This document shows positions 61,622 through 64,000 of a stretch of DNA of 64,000 bases, one piece after another. The translations under genes were made by a program, and so were the position numbers. The notes under the pieces are model-generated. The model did not search any database and was not told where the DNA came from. It was given only the letters and a program-made list of their open reading frames with translations. The DNA comes from Chrysemys picta bellii (taxonomy: Eukaryota): the NCBI RefSeq assembly GCF_011386835.1, contig NC_088807.1, positions 26,288,001 to 26,352,000 on the forward strand, read 5' to 3'. Position 1 is the stretch's first letter. Each line of letters begins with the position of its first letter.

Positions 61622-64000
61622 TCTCTCCCCCCTTCGAGACCGAACTGAGCAGGGTCACTTTAGCCAGTGACCCGGGGAAGTTCGAACCTACCCCCGTTCC
61701 CATGGATGCCCCCGCATCCCTCCAGTTCCTTGGTGAGAATTACACCAGGCCCCTTCCGTTCCACGCCCCCCCTTAGGTCGGGGGTGCTTGATGGCACTCG
61801 CAGTTTGCATGTGGGAAGGTTTATGCGGCCTGTGCCCTTTTCCCACCCCCATACCTCTGGGGTTCCAACTGGGCTGTGGTCTTCTCCCAGCGCTCCAGTC
61901 TGGAGGTCTGTGCTTTGGGCTCTCTTGGTTTAGAGCCGCCCTTTTAACCTTGGCCACCCTCTGGAAAGGATCCTTTATGCTGGGCAAGGGTCCTAAAGCT
62001 CTTTTCCCCTTGTCCCAGGCCTTCCTCCCCCTCTGACAGGGGTCACAGGATCCGCAGTACTGTCGGACAGTAACAAAGACCCCAGGCCAGTAAAAGCTCC
62101 GTAGCAGCCTCTGCTGGGTACGCCAGGTTCCCTGGTGCCCTGAGAGGGGAATGTCATGGGCCCGGCACAGCAGCTGGCGGCGATACTTCTGGGGTACCAC
62201 CAGCTGCCTCCTGATCCCCCCTGACTCCATTTTCCCTGGGGGAGCCCATTCTCGGTACAGGAACCCCTTCTCCCACAGGAACCTTTTCCGGCCACCTCGT
62301 TCCATGGTCTGTACCGCATTGAGGTCGGCCAGGTCCCTTATCTTCCGCAAGGAGGGGTCTCTCTGTAACTCGGCCTGGAACTCAGCAGCTGGGACAGGGA
62401 TGGCCACCTGCTCTTTCTCGCCCGCTGGGTCCGAAGCTGCAGCCTCCCTGAGCCGCGTCCCTGGGCGTTCCCTCCCCACCAGGTTAGGGTCCTGCGCCTC
62501 AGGCAAGGCACCCCCCCCAAGGCCAGGGCGCAGGGCCCCTCGCCGGCTCTGACTGCGGGTCACAACCAGTGCCTTTTGGGGGTTGCTTGGCCAGTTCTCC
62601 AGGTCCCCCCCCATCAATACCTCAGTGGGCAGATACGGGTGTACCCCCACATCCTTGGGGCCCTCCTTGGCCCCCCACTTCAGGTGTACCCTTGCCACGG
62701 GCACTTTGACTGGTGTTCCGCCCACCCCCGTCAGGGTCAGGTAGGAGTTGGGCACCACCTGATCTGGGGCCACCACCTCGGGCCGGGCCAGCGTCACCTC
62801 TGCGCCCGTATCTCAGTATCCATTGACCTTCCTCCCATCCACCTCCAGGGGAACAAGGTACTCTCTCCGGAGGGACAGCCCCGCGCCCACCGTATAAACC
62901 AAAAACCCTGAGTCTGGGGCATCCAGCCCCCTAGAGGAGCTGGCCTGGGGCCCTTCTCTCTCTTGAGCAGTTGATAAGCTGCCAGCCCCTCTTGCGTGAG
63001 AAGCCTGCCCCTCGTCCGTCTGGGCCTCTACCAAGTTAACCCTATGCGGGTTCGGTCTGCTCAGTCTGTCCTTGAGCTTGGGGCACTGGGCCCGAACGTG
63101 GCCTCTTCGGCCGCAGTAATAGCAGCTCATGTCCTGTGGGTCCCCTCGAGCCGGTCGGTTGTCCCTGATGCTGGGCATTTCCCGGGGGAGGGGATTCCCA
63201 ATATTCCCCCTTTGGGAGGTCCCAGGGTGACTCTCTCTCTGCATCGCGGCGGGCCTGTTCCTTTGGGGCTCCTCCCTGCCACCCCCTGACCGGCTCTTTA
63301 CAAACTCATCAGCCAGCTGCCCGGCGTGTCGCGGGTTCTCTGGCTTTCTGTCCACCAACCACAGCCTCAGGTCGGATGGGCACCGCTCATACAGTTGCTC
63401 CAGTACCAGCAGTTTAATCAGGTCCTCCTTCGTCTGGGCCCCACCAGCCCACTTGCTGGCGTATCTTTCCATGCGGACGGCTAGTTGCAGATATGAGATC
63501 TCAGGGGTTTTATCTTGACTCCGGAACCTTCCCCGGTACATCTCAGGAGTCAGCCCAAACTCACGTAGCAGGGCCTTTTTGAATAGTTCGTAGTCCCCTT
63601 TCTCTGCCTCTCCCAGTTGGCGGTACAAGGCCACGGCTTTGGGGTCCAGTAAGGGGGTAAGGACCCGGAGTCTGTCCGCGGGATCCACCCGGTGCAGCTC
63701 GCAGGCCGTCTCAAAGGCCTCCAGGAAGTCATCCATGTCCTCCCCCTCCTTGTATGGGGCCATGATGCACTTATCAAAGCTCCGTGCAGTCCTGGGTCCC
63801 CCCTCACTCACCGCAGCCGGGGGTTCGCTGCCCCTCAGTCTCGCCAGTTCCAGTTCATGCTGACGCTGTCTCTCATTCTCCTCCCGTTCACGCTGATGCT
63901 GTCTCTCTTTCTCCTCCCGTTCACGCTGATGCTGTCTCTCATTCTCCTCCCGTTCATGCTGTCTCTGTCTCTCTTCACGCTGATGCTGTCTCTCTTCATG
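61622..64000 (-). mobile_element. Internal region of a Gmr1-like Gypsy retrotransposon: coiled-coil/SCAN-like gag, CCHC knuckle, aspartic protease, integrase zinc-binding domain; integrase core, RT and RNase H absent
   Basis: The frame is open from 64000 to TGA at 62815-62813 (LEQLYERCPSDLRLWLVDRKP, CYYCGRRGHVRAQC). It continues in frame as DTGAEVTLAR and then H-x6-H...C-x2-C (AHDIPLSGHQG...CGSCDPCQR), followed by PFQRVA and the PPT. Confidence 0.9.

Noticed and set aside
62813-62815. Selenocysteine recoding of the in-frame UGA
   Set aside because: No SECIS can be supported from the sequence, and a Trp-to-stop mutation is simpler.

Overview
This is vertebrate DNA, extremely GC-rich and filled with minisatellites. 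The CR1 and Gypsy families suggest a reptile, probably a turtle (inference). It contains genes syntenic with human Xq28: the last two coding exons of SRPK3 (+), complete IDH3G (-, 13 exons), a bidirectional CpG promoter, complete SSR4 (+, 6 exons), L1CAM (+) and three internal exons of PDZD4 (+). About 14.5 kb of L1CAM and its upstream region appears twice, either side of a 500-N gap. This is most likely an uncollapsed haplotype overlap, and the second, longer copy carries frameshifts. Mobile elements are a fossil CR1, a young CR1, an internally deleted Gmr1-like (SCAN-gag) Gypsy element, several related solo LTRs and one unrelated 1.07-kb solo LTR with a 5-bp TSD. The most striking observation is a 23-unit, 49-bp tandem array just after the L1CAM start-codon exon. 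Its unit carries the REST/NRSF silencer core TCAGCACCnnGGACAG and sits where mammals have a single NRSE. Other homotypic motif arrays (CCAAT, YY1, Sp/KLF, RFX) and a minisatellite resembling a tRNA-derived SINE head point to a general pattern of tandem amplification of regulatory motifs. Exon coordinates were read by hand from splice signals, and orthologue comparisons are from memory, not from a search.
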